From Psammoneis japonica (lineage: Eukaryota), in contig QPGO01000065.1 in NCBI GenBank assembly GCA_008632985.1, positions 310,001 to 374,000 on the forward strand: a DNA stretch of 64,000 bases, written 5' to 3'. Below, in pieces: positions 12,191 to 24,230 of this stretch (positions within the stretch are counted from its first letter, which is position 1; every line of letters starts with the position of its first letter). Below the pieces are notes generated by a model. The model searched no databases, was not told the origin of the DNA, and saw only the letters and a list, made by a program, of their open reading frames with translations. The translations under genes and the position numbers were made by a program.

Positions 12191-12726
12191 AGCTTTTTCT
12201 CGATGCGATGCTGATGGTGCTTGCATCTTCAATCTGGCATCCTTTTTTTTGTTTGTGCTCTATCGCGTTCATCTTATCGGTTGTAGGCGTGTGTTCGCCA
12301 TCATGACAAATCAAAAACGTTCGTTACTGGAGCGTTTTTATTATTCAAAGTCATACGCGCTCTTTCTATACCTTATATATTAATGTTTTTTGAAACACAT
12401 AAAAATCATTTGATTAGATGGACTGAAATTTTCCAAAGGGGGTACATCACGATTTTTTTCAGTCGGACTAATCAAATTCAATTTTATATGCTATACGGCG
12501 CATAGGATATAAATTATATCTTCTACGTTGCCATAAAGAAGACTTTCATACCAATCTCATTTCCGTAGATATTGATTGAGACACAGATACGACGACGACG
12601 ACTCTTTGTGTAGGGCCCCTAAAGTAGAACACAACATCGTCAAAAAATACACCGTAGTCCTTACTACCGTAGCCCTAATCTTCTCTAATATAGTAGAGGG
12701 CCATCTACTAGAGTATGGAGTAGGGC

Positions 12727-14098
12727 CTACTTGACTGCTTGCTTCCCTTCCTTGTCAATTACTGGAAAGATTCGCATTGGATGTGCTTCCGTATTGAAGA
12801 CATGCTTGTTTAAAATGTCCACGGGTGTATCTGGATCCTGTAATAAATACAAATACTTGAGAGTCTCTGCCAAGAAGAAGGACTCCATCTTGTCTTGTGG
12901 CGGTCTGTTCACGTCTTGTACATTTTTCAACTGTCCATAGGCAATCTTGGTTTTGCAATACCGCTCGATTGCAGAAAATATTTCCCATCCCCATTCTCGG
13001 TACACTGGATCACCCGTGAGTTGATTGAGAATAAACATGGACTCGACCGCTTCCGGTCTCAAGAGATAATGAGGAGAGCCGTGACCAATCGCAAAGTCCT
13101 CGTCGGGGTGGAACTGAACCCATTCCGCCGAAATACCCGTGTTCATGCGAGCGTACATTTGATAGCACGTGTAGGTAAGAGCCTTTCCAGTCTTGAGGTC
13201 GCGTTGAGCTCGGTCCGAATCAAGGCCTTCCGGGTCCGTGTAGGCTCCAAGCGCGAGCAATCCTAAACGTAAAACAAGAAAAGCAAGCCATGGGATTGAA
13301 CATTCGGACCAACAATACTACCAGCATCAGACAACACGGGAGAAATGCGAAAAACTTACCTCCCATGAAGCAAACCAAATGGTCCATCTTGTGATCGATA
13401 CGAGCACTATTCTTGTCGGCAATGTAGGTGAGACCGGACGGCGTTGACGTGTGTAGCAATTCATCATGCATGCCCTGGATCGCCTTGTCATACATTTTTC
13501 GGTACATCGGTTCCGTCTTTCCGCCCTGCAACCACACCTTGAGCATGTACTCGTAGAAACTGTCCGCCATGGCCCCAAACGTAATTTTCTGATTGGCAAA
13601 GACAGGTTTATCCTGATGGTTCTTGACATAGTAAGGAAAGAGTCCATTTTTGGGTGACACACTGTCCATGATTTCAAAAATGTTGTTTGCTTTTGTGGCG
13701 TATTCTGGTTTGTTGATGGCCTTGGCAAGATACCGAAACTCGAGTTGCAATGTTCCAAACTCGGCAAGAATAGCATTGCCTCCAGCCCAACTAATGTTGC
13801 TTTTCGCCCCCGTTACCAAGTTGATTTGTCCACAGGGAATACCAGATGGTGAGTCGAATGCTTTAAACAATCGCTTTCCCAAATCCGATGCCTTGTCTAA
13901 AAACGCCTTGTCGCCCGACCAATCATACGCCGACAACAATCCGCTCAAACTCCGAATTGTCGTTTCAAAGACAGAGACTCCTCGCCCCGCATGTTCGTGG
14001 CGTAATTCATCCCTCACCCAATCTCTCGCCTTGTAGAATTCGTCCTTGAGTCCCATGAGCCACAAGGTATCCAGAGCATCCACCAGGGTAGTCCCCAT
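12727..14098 (-). pseudogene. GH47 alpha-1,2-mannosidase, 5'-truncated copy 1 (intron 13263-13359); spliced frame open but N-terminus replaced by a PPR fragment
   Basis: [84 protein letters not shown] are GH47 motifs; GTAAGT...TAG intron. Confidence 0.9.
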
Positions 14099-14129
14099 CG
14101 TTTAGTCTTTGAATTTCGTAGATTCTGCA

Positions 14130-14925
14130 TGTACTCTTCCTTCCTTATGCGATTGTACATTTCGTTTGCTTGCTCTAAAAGGACCAGCGTCATTAAGGAA
14201 GTATCGGGGTCGGTGCTTTTCAAGAGGCATTCCACGACACTTGTAAAAGCAATGCTGTCGGGTTGCAAATCTCGACTTCGTCGCATTCGTTGCAATACGT
14301 CCATTGCCTTTTGCTGTGCACCACGATCGCGCTGGCTCTTGACGTAGGCATTAACCACAACATTGTAGTTTCGGACATTTTTCTCGGTCCCCTTGCGCAG
14401 CGAGTTGTTCCATTCTCACCAACATATGCTCACTCTGCTGCGCCGCACCCTGCGTTTCTTTGAGACACACTTCCTGTGCCATTTGTTCGAGCGCTTTCGA
14501 GACCTCCACCCCCATGCTCCGACGACGATTCATAGCCCCCACAAAATCTCGCGGAGAATCGCCTATTGGTAGTAGAAGAGATGACGACGGTGCGGAATCG
14601 TCCCCGAAGGGTGGTGGTGGAGGGAAAGTGGCCGCGGCTGCTGCCTCCTTCGCTTTTTGGTGTGCATTGTGAAATGTTTTGGGAGCAGCCGGAACTTGCG
14701 AGGGGCTGTCTCGTTGTTGCTTCCACAGTGGAGTGATAGGGACGTTGATGATATTGTGAGCGTCACTACTCCCTGGGTAAAACTTGTACGCGTTGCCTCT
14801 TCTCTTGATGTTGTCATCAAGGTGGATATAAAAGAAGAATAGCCTCCCCGGGTCGTAGCACTTTTTCACAATTTCTTCCGTCTAACGAAAACAAAAGAAA
14901 CAAACTTTGTGAGAATCGTTCGAAT
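14130..14925 (-). pseudogene. Pentatricopeptide-repeat (PPR) protein 5' fragment, frameshifted
   Basis: VNAYVKSQRDRGAQQKAMDVLQRMRRSRDLQPDSIAFTSVVECLLKS is a PPR-type repeat preceded by AQQSEHMLVRMEQL. 14455-14925 is duplicated at 17525-17995. Confidence 0.65.
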
Positions 14926-14959
14926 GAATTCCAAAGATATTACTCATCGGGGAATACTT

Positions 14960-15825
14960 ACGACATTTTCGTGGCGTGCGTCAACGTCCACGATGCGCAA
15001 CGCTCGCAAACGAGACGTTCGTCAGATATCGCGTGCATCGCACCAGCTGCAACATTGCTGAAAATACAGAAGCCACATGATTCCCCTCCCCCCCCCCTCG
15101 TCCAAAAGGCCTTGGACACCAGCATGGTAAGCAGGCGGCCGAACAACGCAAAACGCGTTTCTATCACGACCCAGAAGAACTCTTTATCACGACGAGATGA
15201 GACAAAAGGCATTTTGTCAACGAGCAAATAATGATCTGGCGACGGGACGGCGCAGAAACTAAGACCCACCTATCCACTGCGTGCTGTACTGCACCGGCTG
15301 CTCTTCTTGCTGCACGAAGAGACCCAGCGCAAAACGAAGTGACCAAGTGAGCCGCTTGTTTTACGTTATCGAACTTCATCATTGATTTTTGCACCTGATA
15401 AGAAAGTATGGGCATAAGCAAGTATTGATATTGAAACCTGCAGAGAACAAAACCTAGGGTGAGCTTACCATTGGCGTAAACGGAACCCCAGCAGCGTGTG
15501 CCGACTTGTTGTCACTGGCTTCGTCCGAATCTCTGTACGTTTCAGACAACGCCTCTTGTTGCTTGCACTCGAGCTCCTTGTTCAGAGAGTCAACAAAATA
15601 CAGATACTCGGTGCTGTGCACACGGCTAAGAAGCTCGATCTCTGCCTTTTCAAAATCGGTTGAAACTGCCACCTCGTGCGGAAAGATACCTGTCGTTTCT
15701 GTGGAGCCCGCTGGTGGGACGATTCGTCTCATGGTAGACTCGACGCGATCAGGAGCTTCTTAATCACTTTCAGACTTCGGAATATGTTCCAGACACTCTG
15801 GATGGTGAAGCACAAGTGTTCGTGC
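14960..15825 (-). pseudogene. Class II-type histone deacetylase domain fragment with introns, stops and frameshifts
   Basis: LVLHHPECLEH...*EAPDRV; LLSRVHSTEYL; SFCAGSLRAARRAAGAVQHAVD; RNAFCVVRPPAYHAG; SCGFCIFSNVAAGAMHA; VDVDARH (HDAC catalytic motifs, degenerate). Confidence 0.85.
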
Positions 15826-16263
15826 TTATGGTGAGAGTCTGAGAAAGTTGGCGCGAGTGTCACGGATTTCTCCGATTTTGGCCATCTGCAGCTGCTTCTG
15901 TTCGGATTTGATGGTCTTTTTAGTATTTCAGGTCACCACTCGAGCCACTTGAAGACAAACCCGCTTTCGACTCGTCCGCTTCACAGACAAGCGCCTTGCC
16001 ATCATTGTCAATACGATTGCTGACTGACAAAACATTAATATCACAAACCGCCTTATGCAAAGCCGATCTACCATACAAAGATCCCGGCCCACATACTGTG
16101 TGGGCAAGAATAGGAGTCATGATCATTGTCCGTGTCGTCCTCCATGAATTCACTCTACTTTAAAGCTCCCTTGCTTTTTGACTTGCTAACCGTACAGAGA
16201 AGGTGGTACATGTCAGGCTCCAAAGACAAAACCCTTTTTAATAGCAGTACACATGCATGACAC

Positions 16264-17160
16264 TCACCTGACAAGTGCCTCTAGCTGACCATCCCACGGA
16301 GTTGTCGGAGAAGCCTCTCCATCTAAACCCCTCCTTTTCTTGTTTCCCGAATGCGGCACACCCAGAGACTCGGGGTTCACGATCTGAAGCGAGAGCCCCT
16401 TTGCCACGTTGCGTCTAGCAGCCGGACCCTTCTCAGCATCATGAGGAGGTGGACTTTCGTCACCCGCAAGAGAGGAGCGCTTCTTCTTTGCCTTTCCTGT
16501 GCGACCCCCACTCGCCGCCACATCGGCAAGCATTCGGGCCGCGGCAATCTCTGCCACCTTCCTCTTCCCACACGCTGCCGGTGATGGTTCGGGGAATTTT
16601 CCTCGCGCAAAGGCAGAATCTGGGTCACAAGCCTTAATCTGCGTTGGCCCAAAGCCCCCTTGATACGACACTGAATACAGTTGTCGGAGGGGTTGCTCAT
16701 TCGGCGCTCCCGACGACGATGTGGAGAATCCACGAGGATTGGGAAAGTGACCCAAACCATGGGTAGCGGGAACGCCACAAGAAGCATACGGACTCACCGA
16801 CGCTACAGTTTGAGGCACCGATGACAAATTAGTCATGAGATGCGCGGCTGCCTGAGTCGAAGCAGACTGCTGACGGGGTAAACGTTTCTTCTTTTGTGCA
16901 CTGGCCTTCTTGGCCTCTACGGCGACCCCCATTTCAACATGCGCGACTTCTCCTTTTTTACCCTCCGCACCATTCATCACCGTATCTACTTTCTGAAAGT
17001 ACTTCTTCGCATGAGTCCTTGTCTGAACCACCGTTCTCGTCTTCCCCTTGGCTGCTACCTTTCTACATTCTTTCCCATTCAGTTGAAGAGCGCTAAGGAA
17101 CGCTTCGTGATCTTCTCGAGTCCAGCGCCCCGTGAGTTCTTGGCCAGCTTCCACCACCCA
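16264..17160 (-). pseudogene. Myb1R (SHAQKYF-class) transcription factor copy, probably degenerate
   Basis: TGRWTREDHEAFLSALQLNGKECRKVAAKGKTRTVVQTRTHAKKYFQK. Conserved YGKEW and HAQKY are altered to NGKEC and HAKKY. Ends at a probable GT donor near 16270. Confidence 0.8.
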
Positions 17161-17389
17161 CCACTCTACCGGGCGTGTTTGGGTCAAATCGTGCGGGACG
17201 TTTCATACTGCTGGCAGTAGGACTAGTAATTGTAGATTCAGGCCGAAGTTCTTCTGCTGTACTCTCTGGGCTAAACGAGCTTTCACCGCCTCCTCCTTCG
17301 CCATTGGTCAGATCCAGAAATTGCGTATGACGCGGTGCACTTCCTTCGGACGGCGGTTCATTGGAGAGAACGTGAGGCGACGCATCGTG

Positions 17390-17495
17390 GACACTGATTA
17401 AGATAAGACCGGGGTTAAAAGCACGGAGAGCAGGTAAGAGGTGATGCTGAATTGCCGGTCGGTACGTATGCCGCCCAGATCCAGAAAGGAACCGT
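17390..17495 (-). pseudogene. HDAC C-terminal fragment
   Basis: GSGRHTYRPAIQHHLLPALRAFNPGLILIS resembles the HDAC 'llPal..FnPdliliSAGFD' segment. Confidence 0.7.
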
Positions 17496-17524
17496 GCACT
17501 CCCCGGCTTTGATGTAACAGTTGC

Positions 17525-18300
17525 ACTTCTTTGAGACACACTTTCTACGTCACTTGTTCGAGCGCTTTCGAGACCTCCACCCCCATGCTCCGACGACGAT
17601 TCATAGCCCCCACAAAATCTCGCGGAGAATCGCCTATTGGTGGTAGAGGAGATGACAACGGTGCGGAATTGTCCCCGAAGGGTGGTGGTGGATGGAACGT
17701 AGCGGCGGCGGCCGCCTCCTTCACTTTTCTGCGTGTATTGTGAAATGTTTTGGGAGCAGCCGGAACTTGCGAGGGGCTATCTCATTGTTGCTTCCACAGC
17801 GGAGTGATAGGGACGTTGATGATATTGTGAGCGTCACTACTCCCCGGGTAAAGCTTGTAAGCGTTGCCTCTTCTCTTGAAGTTGTCATAGAGGTGGATAT
17901 AAAAGAAGAACAGCCTCCCCGGGTCGTAGCACTTTTTCACAATTTCTTCCGTCCACCGAAAACAAAAGAAAATAAACTCTGTGAGAATCGTTCGAATCAA
18001 GACCAAGACACTACCCATCAAATACTTACGACATTTCCGTGGTGTGCGTCAACGTCCACAATTCGCAACACTAAGACCCACCTATCAACTGCGTGCTGTA
18101 TTGTACTGGTTGCTCTTCTTGCTGCACGGAGAGGCCCAGCGGTAAACGAAGAGTCCGAATGAGCCGCCTGTTTTACGTTATCGAACTTCATCATTGATTT
18201 TTGCACCTGACAGGAAAGTGTGGGTATTGGCAAGCATTGACAACGGAACACGCACAGAACAAAAGCTAGGGTGAGCTCACCACTGGCGTAAAGATAACCC
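17525..18300 (-). repeat. Second, internally deleted copy of the HDAC+PPR fragment cassette (14455-15490)
   Basis: CSSAFETSTPMLRRRFIAPTKSRGESPIG and QVQKSMMKFDNVKQAAH translations are repeated. Contains VDVDAHHGN. Confidence 0.9.
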
Positions 18301-18334
18301 CAGCCAACGATGCAGCCGCGTGCTCCGCATCGTC

Positions 18335-18585
18335 CTTGCTGTGCTCCAGTGTAACCATCAGCGGAAATTGTCCCTCACGGTTTCGCACCTTGGCCGCCTC
18401 GGGATGCTGTTTCAAAAAGACAGCCGGTCGCATCCTCGTCAACCCACTACAACAGCATCCGACTTGTAGCACTGGAGGAGCCATGCATGCCACGTGAAGA
18501 GGCGTGTTGCCTTTTGTATGATCGATGTGTTGCAGTTCATCCGGGTATTGCATTACTGCACATTGAATCAATTCCATACGTGCAA
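18335..18585 (-). pseudogene. Ankyrin-repeat protein fragment
   Basis: YPDELQHIDHTKGNTPLHVAC and HPEAAKVRNREGQFPLMVTLE; fused to the HDAC fragment at ~18300. Confidence 0.7.
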
Positions 18586-19632
18586 ATAAATCGAATGCAT
18601 GGAGCTTTCCAAACCGCATGGCCTTGATTAAACAAAACAGCTTTGGAAAGAGAGCTCCTCCGTTGCTGTTCTTCTTCGTTTGCATGTAGACCACCACCAA
18701 AATTGGGATCAACCGATATAGGAAGATCACCCTTGTCGTCCTTATCATAATTCAAGCCGAGGCCGGATGATTCTGGAGAATGAGTTCCAACACTTACTTG
18801 AGGATTTTCAACACTCTGTGCGTCTGCGCGGATTGATGCGCCAGAGTCCAGCCCACAGCGTTCTCGTGGCGAACATCAGGCATCATTCTGCACGTGTCTT
18901 AGGGCCCTAGTGGTAGAATGGCATTCGTATCGTGCTTGAGGATACCAGGTAAGCCTTTAGCAATAAAGCTTGTACCGGTAGCCCTAAAATAGACTACTGA
19001 GGTAAGTCAAGGCGAGAGGAGAGAGGAGAACGGTGGGTGTGTGTTTACCGAGGGCACTGTATCCTTGTGAGTTCGCTTGGCGGTTTGTTTGGGTGCGAAA
19101 TCAAAATACAGATGAAAGTTTTTGCTTCCACGTGGCATGTCTCTCGTCCACATGTGATTTTGAAATTCGAGAATTTGGAAATTTGCTCCAAGAAACTTGA
19201 CGATGAGACGATGAGCAGGTTCGACGTTCTACAAAGCAGCAGCGCACAGTCAGATTACAACAAGTGAGGGTAACATTCGTTTCCAGATCCGAGAAGTGAC
19301 ATAGTAATTGTACCCCATACTTTTGTCGGCTGTTAATGACAGAGTCCAGCACAAGGCTTTTCGCGAGTCGACGAACGGGATATTATGACCGTGGCTCCTT
19401 CACTCATCAATTGACGCACAAACTCGTTGGACAAAAATCAAATACATCAAACACACTCCCGATTCTGTCTGCAACAAACGTCGGAGGGAAAAAAAGGAGA
19501 CGCGTCCTGGTGGTTCATAAATACCGCCAGCAACTCATGTCCGTAAATTTCCCGTGACTGCTCATTCCTTGCTCTCATAATTTTCTCTTTGCGACGAGTC
19601 CATTGCACATCATATCCGTACCATCATCCGCC

Positions 19633-20749
19633 ATGTCCATGAGGTTCAGCCCAACGTTTTACGCGCAAGAGGAGTGGAAGAAGGCTCTTCTCCTGACGCT
19701 CGGCACCCATGTATTGCTTCCTGCGGAGGAGAGGGCGAAGAACGTCGTGCTGGAAAACTCGACGAGGAACCCTGTGACCGTGCGGCGAGAGTACGACGCG
19801 AAATTCGAGTGAGTTTTTGTGCTGATGATTGCTAATTCGCACCGACTTTTGTTCTGAGGTTCCGAGGATACTCACCTCTTGGTATTGCTGTTTGTCGTAT
19901 TACCGCAGGGCAAGCAAGGCCGAAGGATTACGTTTGAGCCAGCGGAAGGCGGCAGCTGTCGAGGCGAGGGGAAAGCGGGCAGCTTCGTTGGCTGAAGCAA
20001 GGGCTACCGAGGCCGAAGATCGCGAGCGGTTGGCGCGCTCGACGGCTGCTGTGACGATGATGGAGGCGGAGCTGCAGCGCGAGGACGACGCGATTAATCT
20101 GGCCGAAGAATCTGAGAACGAGTGGAGGGCGGAACACAACGACTTGACCCGCGAGTGGAACGCTCACACCTTCTTTTTGGGGACAGTTCCAGTCGGCGCA
20201 GATATTGAGCCGTTGCTGCTACAGTTTCATGCGTCAGATGTCCCGGCTGCGCTCAAGGTTAGGTCTGCGATGGACATTTACCTCAAGTACAGTGTCGACG
20301 CAATCGAGGATCTCATGTATGCTGTGAAGAACTGGGGTGGGGAAGAGACCGACGTTTCCCGCTCGCTTCCGTTTGATGACCCGGAGTTTGTTCAAACCTA
20401 CGGTCCCGCTCAAATCCTCGCCTTCCGCCGCCCGAACGAAAAGCACTGGGAACTCGCCAAACGTTTTGCAACCTACATTGGCCTCCTCGAATGGGCCGCG
20501 CGTGTGCCTCCCACCCCTGTCAAGTCTAGTAGGAATCCACCCACTGTGGAATCTCCAAGCATTGCTGAGGCAGAGGATGCCAGCTCTTTTGAGTCCCCTT
20601 CCAAGCGTGCTCGCACCATGCCTCGCATCGAGGAAGCAGCTTCTTGTGAGGATGCGGATCGTGCTTTCCTCGTTAAGCGCATTGCAGAGCTGGAGCTGGA
20701 GCTGAAGCTTCGCGGTCGCGAGGAACAAGGCAAGACCCGTCTTGCCTAA
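19633..20749 (+). CDS. Hypothetical protein, ~338 aa, two exons (19633-19808, 19909-20749), coiled-coil rich
   Basis: ATG 19633. Removing the GTGAGT...GCAG intron 19809-19908 joins the two ORFs in frame (KFE|ASKAEG). GC-rich coding-like composition. No family recognised. Confidence 0.65.
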
Positions 20750-23160
20750 GTCGCGATGTTGTTGCTACTGGGCCCTCTAGCAACGTCCATCTAGCACATG
20801 TATGTATGTTTGAAACTAATACTAATGCTCCCTCGATGAGCACGAGGGAGAGTAATTTGTAATAGTCGGCGGTTCCCTTTGATTGCCTTATTCTGTAGAG
20901 TACTATGCTACCGTAGTCAAGTTGAGATATATCTGAATATTGAACATCATTACAAAGCATATTTTGCAATTCTGGCGTAGGAACGTCCATCGACGTCGTA
21001 CAATTGCAATCGACTAAGTTTGTATGTTCGAAAGTAATGCTAAAACTCCCTCTACCAAGGAGAGTAGTTTGTAATAGTCGGCTGTTCAATTGTAAGCTTC
21101 GCTCGCCTTATTCTGTTCTTGACAATGTGTCTTGTTCAGTATTCAGTTGCCATTACCCCTTCCTCAATCATTAAATCTGGGGAAGAAGACGTGAAGTTAG
21201 TTTTGAACTAGCTAGAGAGAGAGAGATATAGATAAGACGAAATCTGAGAGTTCTACTTGGGAAGTGCCAAAAGGCTGCTTTTGATTTAGGAAAATTGATC
21301 TTCCAGTGTTGCAAGCTAATCCTGGCTTGCTGTACTACAGCAGCAGGTGCCTTATCAACAAATCCACTGGACTTCAATCTCCATGTAAGCTTCTGGATCT
21401 CCATTGTCAGCTTTTCGCTTTGTTTTTGCAACCACTGGCGTTCCTTCTCAGCGTCAATCAATCCCGAGAGCGGCAAATTCGCTTTAACGCCATCTTGGAC
21501 TGCGATCTTAACAGACTCGCCAATCTCCATCGTTTCTTTGGCATCTTTACTTCCAGCTGCATGCACAGCTACCTTATCCGGGTCGAGCTTAGCAAGAGCA
21601 ACAAGAGATTTGAGCTCTGTTTCAATGTCCTCAAGCAGATCTTCACTCGCGACTACAGTCGCCCTGATTCGCTCCCCGACTTAACGTTGTACTCAGCCCT
21701 CGCGTTACGGATACTTCGAATAAGAGCCTGAAAACATTCGAAAGTTCTTACAGCTTCCATCCGAGGTCAATCCGCAAGTCTCAGTCACGTACCGGTAAGG
21801 CATTTAGGGGTGTAGCAGACGCAAACTCGTGTCCAAAACACAGACAAGAACGCGTCGAGCGGCTTTAGCGTCCTCTTTTTTTCGCCTGCTCCTGCTCCTT
21901 CGTAAAGGTGAGTCTTCGAAATTTCAACTTACCAGTCTGCATATTGATTCCACAAAAAACCCATAGAATTGTAAAAACAATGAGCGGTGTCTCAGTTAGA
22001 TAACAGCCATTTCCAGATTCGTTGTCTGTCTTTAGAAGCTCACCTTGCTTCCAGCAGCCACTATCTGGTACCTCTCGATTTCATCCGTCACCAAAACCAC
22101 AAGACGATGGCATGTCGTGATGATATAGCGTTCCGGTAGAGAAAGAGCATTGAATTCTTCTTCTGTCATCGGTCCATCTACACTCCGCTCAGATAAGTTC
22201 GATTCGCTCAAGTCTCTCAGAGCGCTGCCCTTTACAAACTTGCAACAATTCCAAAGCTTGTTTGCAAAATTACGATTGGCCTCGATCTTCTCCATGTTGA
22301 GTGGAATATGTTGTCCCGGCGTGACATCGCCACCCCGCGGGGCTCTGGGCTGCCATCGGTGGAAGGTATCGAACTCAGGTTGCTGAGGCAGGTATGGAGC
22401 TGGTAGTCATCAATCTTGTCCTCCTTACTGGCCACAGCTACTCCTGTCACCGCTTCCTATTGGGGGGCATCCAACAATCCAAAGAAATCGGTGATTTGGC
22501 AGGGTTTCTTGTTCTTGTCGTAGCAAGGACCACTGTCCGTCGGCTGGGACAGCGTCGCGGTCTCGACATGTCTTCGATCCCAGCTGAAGTGACGGTTCAG
22601 TCACACGACACCTACGTACTAGTACAACCACAGAAAGCAGCGATCGCGACGGCGTTGGATGCTAAGCTCATANAGCGACCTGGGGGTCGGGTTTGTGTCG
22701 TGTGTTTTTTTCTCACGGATCCTCACGGATCCTCACGAATCCTCAGTCATCCTCATGGAAATTTTGAAATTTTCAATGACTTTTCACGTACATTGTACGA
22801 AGGAATCGGAGTTTAGAGAATGACTCTTTGCATTGACCGTTGATTTCTCGTACGTAGATTTATACCATGTGGATTCATGTGGATGACTGAGAAAATGACC
22901 GTTTTGTCAATTGAATGACTTTCTCTCGTACTTTATACGAAGCAAACGCAGTATATGAAAATGACTTTTTGTAATTATGACCTTGCTCCGCCCTACTCAG
23001 TTCCGCTCGTAGATTTGTAGGAAGAGGATGCATGAGAATCCATGAGGAAAGTGTCAACTGACAGCAAACGTAACAAAGAGCAATGACCCTTCTTCCCTCC
23101 TATAAGTGTAGAAATGTCTTCCCTCCTTTATGTAGAAATGTCTCCGACCGTTCCGTACAA
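20750..23160 (-). repeat. Segmental duplication copy B
   Basis: Reverse complement of ~7945-10032 and direct copy of 37636-39398; contains one N at 22673. Confidence 0.95.
21300..22325 (-). pseudogene. Valyl-tRNA synthetase C-terminal fragment (copy B)
   Basis: TPGQHIPLNMEKIEANRNFANKLWNCCKF; SLPERYII; intron; LWNQYADW*VEISK; LRLLHP*MPY; LIDAEKERQ...GFVDKAP. Confidence 0.9.
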
Positions 23161-23399
23161 AACCAGTACATACTTCTACTACTGTATCGTACAGTGAACC
23201 GACATCAATGTTTGCACGACCTTTTCGATCCGTCGAAGGATGACTATTCTTTTTATCTTTCCCCCTAATCAGACATACTGAGCTCACCATTACGACGTCA
23301 AGTGCTTGTAGTGGGCCTACGACCAGCCTCTTAGGTGGTTCGCTTGCGCGTCGCTTGGTATTTACCGTATGGCGGGTGATGGTGATAGTACGGCCGGTG

Positions 23400-23900
23400 C
23401 TCATGGTTGGTCTTTGCGGTGTGTTGTGAAAGACATGTGGAACAAAAATTGTGTGGGATTCTACGCAGGTCTCTCTGGTCACCCGGAATTGAGGACACCT
23501 GTGACATTTTTGGCGACCGCGGACAGCGCAATCCCCATGATTCCCATGATGATGTTGGAAGCGACGCACAATCACAGCACTGTGAATTGGAAAGGAGCCT
23601 CTCGACTTTGTTGTCAGAGATCTTCTGCTCGTGAAAATGTCTTGGTTCAGCACTTTGTTGCTTGTGGTTTTTGAATTGTTGCAATTTCATTCTTTTGTTG
23701 TTGGGAGATGATGAATGTTGTGCAATTTAGAGCCATTCTCAACTGTGGCACTCAGCGTTACTTCGAAAGACCCCACTCTAGTTGCCGGGCAAAAAACACT
23801 CGAGCGCAATTTGGCGGGGTCGCTGCAGATTTTCGTGAGGCGTCCGTCCTTGTGGAGAAGCATTTTGTTGCGTTGGGGTGGACTTTTCTCCTGTGCCATC
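23400..23900. other. Small TpA-poor patch
   Basis: Only a handful of TpA over ~500 bp, against TA-rich flanks at 23160-23390 and beyond 24270. Confidence 0.5.
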
Positions 23901-24230
23901 TCATCAGTGGCGTTATGCTTATTGCTTGCGTCACTAAGGTTAAACGCCCCTTCGCCAGGGGCGTTTTGCCTAATGCTTGCGTCACTAATGTTTGCGCCTG
24001 AGCTGGGAAGCGTTGTATGAATAGTGGTGGAACCCGTTTCACCGTAGTTTTAACCCCACTCCGCGAAGCATGCACGAAGCTGAACACCGGTAGGGCCCTA
24101 CGCGCACACGCGAGCTTCGATTGTGGCTCGAAAAAATGGTGGGCGACCGGCGACCGCTGTGACCGCTGAGAACGGGATACGAGGGACCGAGGTAGCGCAA
24201 AGAGGCAACCATATGGACTGATCCTTCAAC

